Source of the DNA: Octopus sinensis
Taxonomy: Eukaryota
Assembly (NCBI RefSeq): GCF_006345805.1
Contig: NC_043010.1
Coordinates: 51,150,001-51,214,000 of the forward strand
Length of the DNA: 64,000 bases
Reading direction: 5' to 3'
Part shown: piece by piece, positions 37,874 through 51,229 of the stretch
Layout: every line of letters starts with the position of its first letter
Position numbering within the stretch: position 1 is the stretch's first letter
Translations under genes and position numbers: made by a program
Notes under the pieces: generated by a model
Database searches by the model: none
Seen by the model: only the letters and a program-made list of their open reading frames with translations
Told to the model about the DNA's origin: nothing

Positions 37874-39069
37874 ATCTGTTTTTCTTCATTTGCTTATATA
37901 TATATAGGTGCAGGAGTGGCTGTGTGGTAAGTAGCTTGCTTACCAACCACATGGTTCCAGGTTCAGTCCCACTGCATGGCACCTTGGGCAAGTGTCTTCT
38001 ACCATAGCCTTGGGCCGACCAAAGCCATGTGAGTGGATTTGGTAGATGGAAACTGAAGGCAGCCCATCATATATATATATGCATGTGTGTGTATATGTTT
38101 GTGTGTCTGTGTTTGTCCTACCAACATCGCTTGACAACTGATGCTGGTGTGTTTCTACAGCTGGATGACCTTCCTAACGCCAACCACTCTGAGTGTAGTG
38201 GATGCTTTTACGTTCCACCAGCATGAGGGCCAGTCAGGCAGTACTGGCAAAAGCCATGCTCAAATGGTGTTTTTTACGTGCCACCTGCACAGGAGCCAGT
38301 CCAGCAGCACTGGCAACGACCTTGCTTGAATGTTTTTACACATACCACTGACACAAGTGCCAATAATGCAACGCTGGTAACGATCACACTCGAATGGTGC
38401 TTTTTATGTGCCACCAGCACGGAAGCCAGTTAGCTGCTCTGGCAATGATCACACTCGGATGGTGCTCTTAGCGCTCCAGTAGCACAGATGCCAGTCATCG
38501 AATTTGATGTCAATTTCAATTTCACTTGCCTCAACAGGTCTTCGCAAGCAGAGTTTAGTGTCCAATGAAGGAAAGGTATGCATAAGTGGGCTGGTTACAC
38601 CCCTGGCATAGGCCACGAGGTTATGGTCTCACTTGGCTTGCCGGGTCTTCTCAAGCACAGCATATTTCCAAAAGTCTCTGTCACTAGTCATTGCCTCGGT
38701 GAGGTCTAATGTTCGAAGGTCGTGCTTCACCACTTCATCCCAGGTCTTCCTGGATCTACCTTTGTATGTATGTATATATAATTTAATGTGATATTAGAGA
38801 GAGAGAGCGAGTTTATAGGATAGTTCCATAATTTCTATTTTGTCCTAATACTTGAACTTACCAAATTATTCCACAAAATTCCTTATGGGGACATTCTTGA
38901 TTATGCAACAGATCATCACCAATTTCCTTGCAGTCTATAATGCGTTCTCCTAAATTTATATAAATGGTCAATCTATCTTACCAGCAGTTCATGATAAGTG
39001 CTACAAATATTACAGAATTGATGAGACTGTTACATACAAATAAATCTGAAGACAGAAAACTATACTCAC

Positions 39070-39238
39070 CACCTGCAAAACTTGGTGAGCAGTTACAACA
39101 ATGGATTATGAAATCCACACGGCATTTCTCTTCACAATTCACTTGACTATATGAACCGGTATCATCCAGAAGACTTTGTTTCTCAGTCGATACACAGTCC
39201 TCCTCGATAGGGTGGAATGGATACCCAAGCAAAGTTAA
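39070..39238 (-). CDS. DEG/ENaC channel, exon 4 (LTLLGYPF...DC...YSQVNCEEKC...HCCNC, thumb)
   Basis: Acceptor ctaattttag|TTA, donor G|GTGAGT, 169 nt, phase 0-1. Shows the Cys-rich Y...C...C...CxC thumb pattern. Confidence 0.88.
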
Positions 39239-39849
39239 CTAAAATTAGAGACAATGAAAAAGATGCATTAGCAAGTTAGTATAAAAATTTTTCAACAGAA
39301 TTTCAACTTCTCCTGTTTACAAGGCATTGGCTTGCTTGAGGCTGCAGTGAAAGGTCACTTTTCTGGGATTAATTTTACTGTCTGGTATCTAAGGTACGTA
39401 CCTTCTCCTTTAGCTTTGGGTTAGCCAATGCTTTGTGAGTGTAATCTGGTAGACATAAATTGTGTCAATCTGCCAGGCCTATTATGTGTGTGTGTGTGTA
39501 TAAAACTCTTGACTTAACCCTTGCTCAATTCCTTCCATTGTCTTTCTCACAGCAACCACAAACTAGATGTGCCTTTTCCTCCCCAACAATAGAGAGCAGT
39601 TGCCATATTTCATTCCATAACTGCCATCTCTGAAGAACACAAAGTTACATAACTGGACTGTTATCTAACACTCCATTGAACCCCTAGTGTGAAAACAATT
39701 GGTAAGATTAGCCATAATAGATACATAATACTGTACACTTAGTTTAATATACCATCTCTATAGACAAATATATGAGTGCTTATTTTTTTTACTCATGGGT
39801 TCTTATACAGCTATAATATATCATATCTATAGTCTTATACTAGCTTGCA

Positions 39850-40320
39850 GCCATTGTCAGCTAGCTGCCTTATGCCACCTAACTACCTTACACTAGCTGA
39901 CTGCCTTATGCCAGCTGATTGCCTTGTCTGCTCACCTTGCTGTCTTATGCTACCTTGATGCCTTGTGTCAGCTTGCTACTTTACCAGCTCACTACCTTAT
40001 ACCAGCTCACAGCCTTATGCTAGCTTGCTGTCTTATGCTAACCCACTGCCTTATGTCAACTCACTACCTTATGCTAGCTCTCAGCCCTATGCCAGCTTAC
40101 TGCCTTTTGCCAGCTCACTGCCTTATGCCAGCTTTATGCTAACCCACTGCCTTATGCCAACTCACTGCCTTATGCCAGCTCTCAGGCTTATGCTAGCTTA
40201 CTGCCTTATGTCAGCTTACAACCTTATGCCAGCTCTCAGCCTTATGCAAGCTTACTGCCTTGTGCTAGCTCTCAGCCTTATGCCAAATCTCTGCGTTATG
40301 TCACTTCACTATCTTTGTTA
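39850..40320. repeat. Degenerate 18-bp minisatellite (gccagctcactgccttat / gctagctctcagccttat)
   Basis: More than 20 diverged units. Confidence 0.88.
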
Positions 40321-40512
40321 GCTCACCACAATACTGTTAAATTTTATGGTCTCATAATCAATTCAGTACATACATGAGCTATTTAATATTTTGAAACAAT
40401 AAATTATAATTTAGTAAGCTTCCTAATCTAAAATAGTCTATTAATTATTAATATACAAGAGTTGGTTTCATACTGTAAATAAAATATAGAAATGGATTTT
40501 TGTTACACTTGC

Positions 40513-40611
40513 CTTCAGTGGATGAATAATAGCAAATGTAGATAATCCAGGGCCAGCAAAAAAACTGCAGTCTTGTTCATAAGCCCTTTTGAAAGGGCTG
40601 TGTACAAATAT
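40513..40611 (-). CDS. DEG/ENaC channel, exon 3 (IFVHSPFKRAYEQDCSFFAGPGLSTFAIIHPLK), GC donor
   Basis: Acceptor gtttatttacag|ATA, donor AAG|GCAAGT, 99 nt, phase 0-0. Matches the family pattern (GxR)xxxH...xxPG..T. Confidence 0.85.
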
Positions 40612-41178
40612 CTGTAAATAAACAGTAAACAATGTTTATATAAATGTATAATGTGAAGATAAAGCTGATGGCACTTGGCATTAAAGAATCATACCATTAG
40701 TAAGAATTCAACTGAAATTTTTATAAGTGTTTTAAAATAATGACAATGTTCTGACATTTAAACACATATGTGTGTATGTGTGTGTGTGCTTGCGCACAAC
40801 TGTGTGTAAGTGTATAATATATATTCATGTATATATATATAATATATATATATGTTATGTCCCGTCCAGCTGGGGAACACATATGCCATTATATATATAT
40901 ATAATAAAAATAAATGTGCCCTTTTAAAGCCTAGCCAGGCTCAAGGGCCCGGTTTCCCGGTTTTAATGGCATATGTGTTCCCCAGCTGGACGGGACACCA
41001 GTCCATCACAGCGTTACTCATTTTTGCCACCTGAGTTGACTGGACCAACGTGAAATGAAGTGTTTTGCTCAAGAACATAACATGTCGCCCGATCCAGGAA
41101 TCGAAACCACAATCTTACGATCATGATGCTGACACCCTAACCACTACGCCACGCGCCTCCACACACACACACACACAG

Positions 41179-41267
<89 letters not shown>

Positions 41268-41643
41268 TGTGTGTGTGTGTGTATAACAGACAGAATAATG
41301 GGTTATATACATTTATTTATTTGAGGCTTGCTACTGTATCACATATGCATTTGTTTGGATCCAGGATTCAATCTTGAAACAGCCGTAAAAATGAATAAAT
41401 AAACAAATGTGTACAATCCATTATCTCTGTCTATTTCCTATATCACTCTGTAATAACATACCATCTTAACTTGGTAATGAAACCATGGATTGACAAATTT
41501 GATTAGTGACAAACTTTCATTGTGGATTACTTTGAGTGCAATACCGATCATAGGACTTGTGTGCTAGCCTGGACTATTTTTATCTACAGATAGCTTAAGA
41601 AGTATTTCACCTGGATTACTAATCCCTTATTAATCCTTTGTTT

Positions 41644-41680
<37 letters not shown>

Positions 41681-41767
41681 ATGTATGTATGTATGTATAT
41701 AAATGTATGTATATATATATATGTATATATATATGTATATATATATATATGTATATATATGTATGTA

Positions 41768-41824
<57 letters not shown>

Positions 41825-42608
41825 GTATGTATATATATATATATTATATATATATATATATATAATATATATATATATATCTGACTGGCCTGGTGCAGCC
41901 TTCGGGCTCCCCAGACCCCAGTTGAACCGTCCAACCCATGCTAGCATGGAAAACGGACGCTAAATGATGATGATGATGATGATGATATATATATATATAT
42001 ATAGGAGAAGGGGGTAGTCGATTACATCAACCTCAGAGATTGCTTATATTAATGCAGACATGTAAATACTTTACTTATTAGGAAATATAATAAAATAAAT
42101 TATTTATGCATGTTTAAGTTGTGAAACAATTGTTGTGAAATGAGAATTTCTAGTGGTTATATAAATTTTATCATACAATATTTCTCACATTATTTATAGG
42201 ATAAATGGTAAAGAACCCCTTCAGTCATGAATGACCATGGAATTGCACCTAGAAAGTTACCCTTCGAGACATAAGTCCAAGCAAGATTGTTCATGGAAGA
42301 TCAGCAGTCGCCCATGTATACCTTCTACACACCAACGATATCATCCAAGCGAAGGCAAAGGATGGTACATCTTGGCACCAGTGACGTTGCAACTCATTTC
42401 TATAGCTGAGTGAACTGGAGCAATGTGAAATAAAGTGTCTTGCTGAAGAACACAACACACAGCCCAATCCAGGAATCAAACTCACTACCTCATGATTGTG
42501 AGCCCAAGGCTCTAACCATTGAGCCATGTGCTTCCACTATGTAACTTTGTGTGTGTGTGTGTATGTGTGTGTGTGTGTGTAGTACATGTTTATATATATA
42601 ATAGGTAC

Positions 42609-42643
<35 letters not shown>

Positions 42644-43383
42644 CGCAGGAGTGGCTGAGTGGTAAGTAGCTTGCTTACCAACCACATGGTTCTGGGTTCA
42701 GTCCCACTGCGTGGCACCTTGGGAAAGTGTCTTCTACTATAGCCTCAGGTTGACCAAAGCCTTGCTGATGTGTTTATGTCCTCGTAACTTAGTGGTTTGG
42801 CAAAAGAGTTTGACAGAATAAGTACTAGGCTTAGAAAGAATAAGTCTTGGGGTCAGTTAGCTCGACTAAAGGCGGTGCTCCAGCATGGCCACAGTCAAAT
42901 GACTGAAACAAGTAAAAGAGTAAGAGAGAAAAAAGTGTATATATATATATATATCATCATCATCATCGTCGTCGTTTAACGTCCGTTCTCCATGCTATAT
43001 ATATATGTATATATGTATATAATATATAATTTGTTTGCTTGTTATCAGTCGTAAGACATTGTTGTTTTCACCGTTAATGCTTCTGTATTCATGTTTCTGT
43101 ATTCCATTATTTTTTGTTTTTTATATTCGTCCCTTTTGCTGTCCTGTGTCCGTATGCATTCGATCTTCTTCAGGAAATCTACGCTCCCAGCTTAGTTTTT
43201 CTAATGATCGTTGCTTGTTTCTTGGAGGCTGGCCGTGTGATTAGTAATCTCAAGATAATCAGCCGAAATTACTACGATGATCGGTTCTTGACTGGGGACT
43301 GGGGGTTTCGATATGTCCTGTCCGTGTTTATTGTGTCGTCTTCTGGAGGTATACGTTCTTGTCCATGTTGTATTTTTACAACC

Positions 43384-43429
<46 letters not shown>

Positions 43430-44378
43430 CATATAATCCACAGCAGAAGTGTTAAGGCTGCTTTCCTGGTGAAGAGGATTAGCCTTGCAAGAGTCCTGTG
43501 CTGGTGTCATGTATAAAGTACTTGTGCTGGTGCAATGTAGAAGCACTTGTGCAGTATCATGTAAAAGCTCCCAGCACCCTCTGTAAAGTGGTTGGCATCA
43601 GGAAGGGCATCCAGCCATAGAAACCATGCCAAATCAAACTGGAACCTGGTGCACCTCTCAAGCTTGCCAGCTCTGGTTAGACCATCCAACCCATGCCAGC
43701 ATGAACAACAGATGTTAATGATGATGATGATGATGATGATGATGATATATATATACTAACTTAAAAGCTGCCCTATTGGATGACTTTTAAGCTAGTATAT
43801 AGCTTTTAAGCAACTGACCCTGAATTTCTACTGGCTTGACGTTAACCTCTGTTGGGAGCTTTGAAACCACCGGCACTGGCCACTTTGTCTCTGTGAGGCC
43901 CAATGCTCAAAAGGTGCTTTTTACATGCCAGTTACATGACATGATATACCATCTACACACCACCGATATCATCTGATGTGGTGTGCAAGAGAGACAACTG
44001 CACTGGTATGGTAATGTGATGCATATGGACAAGAACAGCTGTGTAAAGAAGTGCCAATCTCTATCTGTGGAGAGAACCTGTTGTAGAGGTAGACCCAGGA
44101 AGACATGGGATGAAGTGATGAAGCATAATCTTCGAACTTTGGGCCTCACAGAGGCAATGACTAGTGACCGAGACCTTTGGTGATATGCTCCCAGCAATAC
44201 TTGAGAAGGCCCTTCAAGCCAAGTGAAATTGTATCATGGCTGTAACTTTGTGTGTGTGTGTGTGTGTGGTTCTGAACCCAGAACCATGTGGTTGGTAAGC
44301 AAGCTACTTACCACTCAGCCACTCCTGCGCCTATATATATATATATGTGCACGTACCTATTATATATATAAACATGTA

Positions 44379-44411
<33 letters not shown>

Positions 44412-44566
44412 GAAATTGTATCATGGCTGTAACTTTGTGTGTGTGTGTGTGTGTGGTTCTGAACCCAGAACCATGTGGTTGGTAAGCAAGCTACTTACCA
44501 CTCAGCCACTCCTGCGCCTATATATATATATATGTGCACGTACCTATTATATATATAAACATGTAC

Positions 44567-44606
<40 letters not shown>

Positions 44607-44814
44607 ACACACACACACACACACAACACACACACACACACAACACACACACACACAGTGAAATTGTATCATGGCTGTAACTTTGTGTGTGTGTGTGTGT
44701 GTGGTTCTGAACCCAGAACCATGTGGTTGGTAAGCAAGCTACTTACCACTCAGCCACTCCTGCGCCTATATATATATATATGTGCACGTACCTATTATAT
44801 ATATAAACATGTAC

Positions 44815-44852
<38 letters not shown>

Positions 44853-44859
44853 GTTACAG

Positions 44860-45875
44860 CCATGATACAATTTCACTTGGCTTGAAGGGCCTTCTCAAGT
44901 ATTGCTGGGAGCATATCACCAAAGGTCTCGGTCACTAGTCATTGCCTCTGTGAGGCCCAAAGTTCGAAGATCATGCTTCATCACTTCATCCCATGTCTTC
45001 CTGGGTCTACCTCTACAACAGGTTCGCTCCACAGTTAGAGATTGGCACTTCTTTACACAGCTGTTCTTGTCCATATGCATCACATTACCATACCAGTGCA
45101 GTCGTCTCTCTTGCACACCACATCTGATGCCTCTTATGCCCGACTTTTCTCTCAAGATGCTTACTCTGGTGTACATGCACACTGACATTGCACATCCAGT
45201 GAAGCATACTGGCTTCATTTCTTTTGTGCCTATGCATGTCTTCAGCTGTCACAGCCCATGTTTCACTACTGTGTAGCATAGCTGTTCACACACAGGCATC
45301 ATACCATCTGCCTTTCACTCTGAGGGAGAGGCCCATTGTTGCCAGCTGGGGTAGGAGCTCTCTGAACTTAGCCCAGCCTATTTTTATTCTCACAGCTACA
45401 TTCTCGGAACATCCACCTCTGCTACTAACTTGGTCACCTACATTACAGAAGCTATCTGCTGCCTCTAGCTTACTTCACTGGCAGTTGATGGAGTCTATTT
45501 GCTGTTCATTTTCAGTGTTTATTGTTCCTGCGCATCTTCCACACACAAAAGCTATTTTCTCTGTTAACCTCTATCTGATATTGCTGCACCTCTTATGTGT
45601 CCAAAGCTTACACTTGGTACATCATTTGGAGTTTCTAACTATGCCTTTTCTACAGATCAAACAGGGTCATCTTCCTGAAGGGATTTGTAATTTATCTGCC
45701 CTCCTACTTACTAAGACTTTGGTTTTTGCTAGGTTAACTGTAAGGCCCTTTGATTCTAGACCTTGCTTCCATACCTGACACTTCTCTAGTTCTGGTAGTG
45801 ATTCAGCTATAAGAACAAGGTCATCAGAATAAAGGAGTTCCCAAAAGCAAACTGTCTTAGATTCCTCTGTTATTG
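44860..45875 (-). mobile_element. RTE-type LINE reverse transcriptase 3' fragment
   Basis: WELLYSDDLVLIAES (YADD-like), GLTVNLAKTKVL, HSSETWA, RLHWYGNV, RGRPRKTW; several frameshifts. Confidence 0.9.
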
Positions 45876-45932
<57 letters not shown>

Positions 45933-45987
45933 ATAATAAATATTTGTTTGATTTGCATAATAGTGGTTTTGTCTCTAATTTAATATA

Positions 45988-46041
<54 letters not shown>

Positions 46042-46399
46042 ATGTATGTATGTATGTATGTATGTATGTACACACACACATAATATATATATTCAGAGAT
46101 GGCAGGTATGGAGAAACAATATTGTGGTCTCCAACATCTGTTTTGGCATAGTTTCTATAGCTGGATGCTCTTCCTAATGCTAACCACTTTGCAGAATGTA
46201 AGCATGTACTGTATGCTTTTTAGGTAACACTTACACTTGTGAGGTTACCAAGTAACCCATAAGAAAAGAACCCCTTAAATGAGGTGGGCGTGCAATATGG
46301 AGAGAGTTGACTTTATCTCTTGTCTTGTCTTGAGACAGCATTTGCCCGGGGTGGGTTGAGCTGGCTTCATTCATCCTCAATGCTGCATCTGTTTCAAAT

Positions 46400-46800
46400 G
46401 CCCACCAGACCTGGCGATTTGAGGCTAATGACCACGTGATCTCCAACCACTCCTTATTCCAGTGGTGAATGCCGTAGATATGGGGGCCTAGGTTGGGTTC
46501 CAGATCAGCCTTGACTGTCATCAGCCAGGTTTTTCGTTGTCCACCACATCACTTTCGCCAACCCTGAAGGAGAGCTGGGGCAATTGCTTCGTAGATGAAT
46601 TCTCTTGGTTGATGAAGGTGGGGATGACCCAGCCAATACAGACGTCTCATTAGGATGACTTGTCGGAGGGAGGTGATTTTGCATTGGTGTCGCACCGAAT
46701 TGTTGGAGACAAAGTGATGCCATCGGACATGAAGGTTGTGGTGTAGACAGAGGTGATCGAAGGATTCTAGTCGCTTAATATCTTCCACCCTTTATGCCAG
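46400..46800 (-). mobile_element. RTE-type LINE fragment inside the duplicated unit (second copy about 48140-48540)
   Basis: RLESFDHLCL...RRLYWLGH. Confidence 0.7.
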
Positions 46801-46866
46801 GCAATGAGAGGTTCAACAGTGACAGAAGGACAAAAACAAGCGTCTTAATATTTAAAAATTACTTAC

Positions 46867-47371
46867 CCTTACCCCAGTTGTATAATCCGAATATAAAGCC
46901 GAAAAATTTCGAACAATCTCCAATCCATATTTAATGCCAGGTTTATTGGTAATATGAGGTTCTGTCTTGTTGACTGTATTGAAAGTATAACACTTCAAAA
47001 TATCATTATCTATAACCATCCATCTGAAACTCCAATCATCAGCGCATAATTCGTTTGAATTAAACTTTGATTCCATATCTTCATTTTGATCTGCATAAAT
47101 CAGAGTATATATTGTTTTTTCTTCTAGAGAAAATACAGGGTTAGTGTAATTTCTTGCACGTAGTCCATCTAGAAGGGTGGAAATTATTGACTGGTTTCTT
47201 AAGTTGTAGGGATGGAAGTCACACATGGTGATGCCAGGAAACATCAACTTTTCCTGGAGACTGGCTGTATACTGCCTGTTGACTGGGTGAGAGTTGTAAA
47301 TCATGAAAAGTTTTATTAAATAATATGAGACTATAATCATAAAACTTGCCACAATGCCAATGTAAAATAAC
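46867..47371 (-). CDS. DEG/ENaC channel, exon 2 copy B (same translation as copy A, offset 1739 bp)
   Basis: Identical ORF translation and splice sites. Either copy completes the ORF, but including both frameshifts it. Confidence 0.75.
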
Positions 47372-47617
47372 CTACAAAGATAGAAAATAAATGATTAAAG
47401 TACATATATTATGAAGCAAAATAGACATCTTGTAGATTACATCAACTAGACGCAGACGTGGATGTGCAGTGAAAAGTTTGCTTCTCAGCACATGCTTCTG
47501 GTTCAGTCCCACTGCATGACACCTTGGGCAAGTGTCTTTTGTAATAGCTCCAGGCTAATGAAAGCCTTGTAAATGGATTTGGCAGACAGAAACTGAAAGA
47601 AACCTGTTGTATATATG

Positions 47618-47673
<56 letters not shown>

Positions 47674-47728
47674 ATAATAAATATTTGTTTGATTTGCATA
47701 ATAGTGGTTTTGTCTCTAATTTAATATA

Positions 47729-47784
<56 letters not shown>

Positions 47785-48605
47785 ATGTATGTATGTATGT
47801 ATGTATGTACACACACACATAATATATATATTCAGAGATGGCAGGTATGGAGAAACAATATTGTGGTCTCCAACATCTGTTTTGGCATAGTTTCTATAGC
47901 TGGATGCTCTTCCTAATGCTAACCACTTTGCAGAATGTAAGCATGTACTGTATGCTTTTTAGGTAACACTTACACTTGTGAGGTTACCAAGTAACCCATA
48001 AGAAAAGAACCCCTTAAATGAGGTGGGCGTGCAATATGGAGAGAGTTGACTTTATCTCTTGTCTTGTCTTGAGACAGCATTTGCCCGGGGTGGGTTGAGC
48101 TGGCTTCATTCATCCTCAATGCTGCATCTGTTTCAAATGCCCACCAGACCTGGCGATTTGAGGCTAATGACCACGTGATCTCCAACCACTCCTTATTCCA
48201 GTGGTGAATGCCGTAGATATGGGGGCCTAGGTTGGGTTCCAGATCAGCCTTGACTGTCATCAGCCAGGTTTTTCGTTGTCCACCACATCACTTTCGCCAA
48301 CCCTGAAGGAGAGCTGGGGCAATTGCTTCGTAGATGAATTCTCTTGGTTGATGAAGGTGGGGATGACCCAGCCAATACAGACGTCTCATTAGGATGACTT
48401 ATCGGAGGGAGGTGATTTTGCATTGGTGTCGCACCGAATTGTTGGAGACAAAGTGATGCCATCGGACATGAAGGTTGTGGTGTAGACAGAGGTGATCGAA
48501 GGATTCTAGTTGCTTAATATCTTCCACCCTTTATGCCAGGCAATGAGAGGTTCAACAGTGACAGAAGGACAAAAACAAGCGTCTTAATATTTAAAAATTA
48601 CTTAC

Positions 48606-49110
48606 CCTTACCCCAGTTGTATAATCCGAATATAAAGCCGAAAAATTTCGAACAATCTCCAATCCATATTTAATGCCAGGTTTATTGGTAATATGAGGTT
48701 CTGTCTTGTTGACTGTATTGAAAGTATAACACTTCAAAATATCATTATCTATAACCATCCATCTGAAACTCCAATCATCAGCGCATAATTCGTTTGAATT
48801 AAACTTTGATTCCATATCTTCATTTTGATCTGCATAAATCAGAGTATATATTGTTTTTTCTTCTAGAGAAAATACAGGGTTAGTGTAATTTCTTGCACGT
48901 AGTCCATCTAGAAGGGTGGAAATTATTGACTGGTTTCTTAAGTTGTAGGGATGGAAGTCACACATGGTGATGCCAGGAAACATCAACTTTTCCTGGAGAC
49001 TGGCTGTATACTGCCTGTTGACTGGGTGAGAGTTGTAAATCATGAAAAGTTTTATTAAATAATATGAGACTATAATCATAAAACTTGCCACAATGCCAAT
49101 GTAAAATAAC
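48606..49110 (-). CDS. DEG/ENaC channel, exon 2 copy A (TM1, FPGITMC, CYTFN, GIKYGL, ends GVR)
   Basis: Acceptor tctttgtag|G, donor AGG|GTAAGT, 505 nt, phase 2-0. Motifs correspond to family FPAVTxC, CYTFN and GL...GxR. Confidence 0.9.
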
Positions 49111-49351
49111 CTACAAAGATAGAAAATAAATGATTAAAGTACATATATTATGAAGCAAAATAGACATCTTGTAGATTACATCAACTAGACGCAGACGTGG
49201 ATGTGCAGTGAAAAGTTTGCTTCTCAGCACATGCTTCTGGGTTCAGTCCCACTGCATGACACCTTGGGCAAGTGTCTTTTGTAATAGCTCCAGGCTAATG
49301 AAAGCCTTGTAAATGGATTTGGCAGACAGAAACTGAAAGAAACCTGTTGTA

Positions 49352-49387
<36 letters not shown>

Positions 49388-49391
<4 letters not shown>

Positions 49392-49900
49392 AGATAAGAA
49401 AATGGAGAAATACATCCAAATCTAATATCAATTACCAGATAATACTCAATCACATACTTTATTAAACCACCACATAAGAGACTGTAGGGTTAAACATAAA
49501 AAAGCAGAACAAATCAGTGTACATAAAGGAATGTACATAAAAAAGTGTACATAAAAGAGTGATGTTGTATAATAAGTAGAATATATATAAAAAAGGCCAA
49601 TATTGGTAAAATGAGACATACTTATCTACATGGCCGAAACAGCTGTAAGATGTAATCTATACTTATATTTATATTTACTTATATGTATATTCTCTTTTTT
49701 ATATATATTCTACTTATTATACAACATCACTCTTTTATGTACACTTTTTTATGTACATTCCTTTATGTACACTGATTTGTTCTGCTTTTTATATTTAACC
49801 CTACAGTCTCTTATGTGGTGGTTTAATAAAATATGTGATTGAGTATTATCTGGTAATTGATATTTGATTTAGATGTATTTCTCCATTTTCTTATCTTGTA
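49388..49900. repeat. Long inverted repeat (about 207-bp arms, about 98-bp spacer holding a hammerhead 3' half)
   Basis: 49388-49595 is the reverse complement of 49694-49900 with few mismatches. The spacer reads ggcca...tggcc-GAAA-cagct-GTA. Confidence 0.92.
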
Positions 49901-50070
49901 TTAGTAACTTGTGGTAAATCATTTTACCTTTGCCCATATAATACAGTAAATGAATTGATTGCATCGCAATCCTTAACATTTATGTATTAACTTTGTTGGG
50001 TACTTCACTAGCAGTATATTGGATATATGTTATCCCATGGAGGGTTGCATTTACAACCCCTATCTCAATT

Positions 50071-50131
<61 letters not shown>

Positions 50132-51190
50132 GTATATATATGTGTATATATATATGTATATATATATATATGTGTGTGTGTATGTATGTATGGATGGATG
50201 TATGGATGGATGGATGTGTGTATGTGTGTCTGCCTTTGTGCTTATGTTTGTCCCCCAACAACCAGTGTTTGTTTGTATGCATCCCTATAACTTAGTGGTT
50301 TGGCAAAAGCTACCAATAGAATAAGTACTAAGCATAAAAAAGAAAATAGGTCCTGGGAGTGATTTGTTTGACTAAACCCTTCAAAGCAGTGCCCCAGCGT
50401 GGCCACAGTCCAATGACTGAAACAAATAAATGTTAAAAAGATATTACTTCTCCTTTGGGCCCCAAACACTCGATGGAGTTGTGGAAGTACTATTGAGATA
50501 TTCAGTGTGTCTTGGGCATTTTAAGTCTGGTGGAGCCCATTGCTTTCTAGGCCTGAACGTAGCTGATTTCTTCCAGAGATAGACTGACAGATAGACAGGC
50601 AGCAGAAGAGAATGAGAAAGGACCAATTCTGAGCATGCACCTGTGAAAAAATTAGAGGACTCTTGCCCTGTAAATCAGGCACCCACGGCTTTTCTGGGTT
50701 TTCCCACGAGAACCTTAAAGTGCCTCCCCTATTGGGAGTTTTAATTTGTTTAATTTTAATTCTTATTTATAATTGTTATTTGTTATTTTACATGCTGTAT
50801 AACCCATTGCATCGTCCTGTTTTTGTGTTTTTTATAGTCGCATGTCATTTAATGTTATTTTATGTGATCGCTTGTGGCTAATAAAAGAATGAATCATCAT
50901 CATCGTCATCATCACCATCATCACCACCACCACCACCACCACCACCATCACCATCATCATCATCATCATCATTATTAAGGCAAGCTGGCAGAATCTTTAG
51001 TATGCTGGGCAAAATGCTTAGCAGTATCTCATCTGTCTTTATGTTCTGAGTTCAAATTCTGCCAACATCAGCTTTGCCTTTCATCCTTTTTGGGGTCAAT
51101 AAATTAAGTACCAGTGAAACACTGAGGGTCCATGTTATCAACTAGTTCCCACCCCTCAAATTTCAGGTCCTTGTGCCTTTAGTAGAAAGG

Positions 51191-51229
<39 letters not shown>

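Larger units (their letters stand above)
45900..49390. repeat. Tandem duplication, 1739-bp period, both junctions in (TA)n tracts
   Basis: The units differ at only about 3 non-microsatellite positions that I could see (acttg/acttA, agtcg/agtTg, ctggtt/ctggGtt). Confidence 0.97.

Noticed and set aside
38862-38949. Two-Cys segment as true channel exon 5
   Set aside because: It ends in phase 2 and would create TGA at exon 6. The 57-nt exon at 32895-32839 fits phase, splice signals and Cys spacing.
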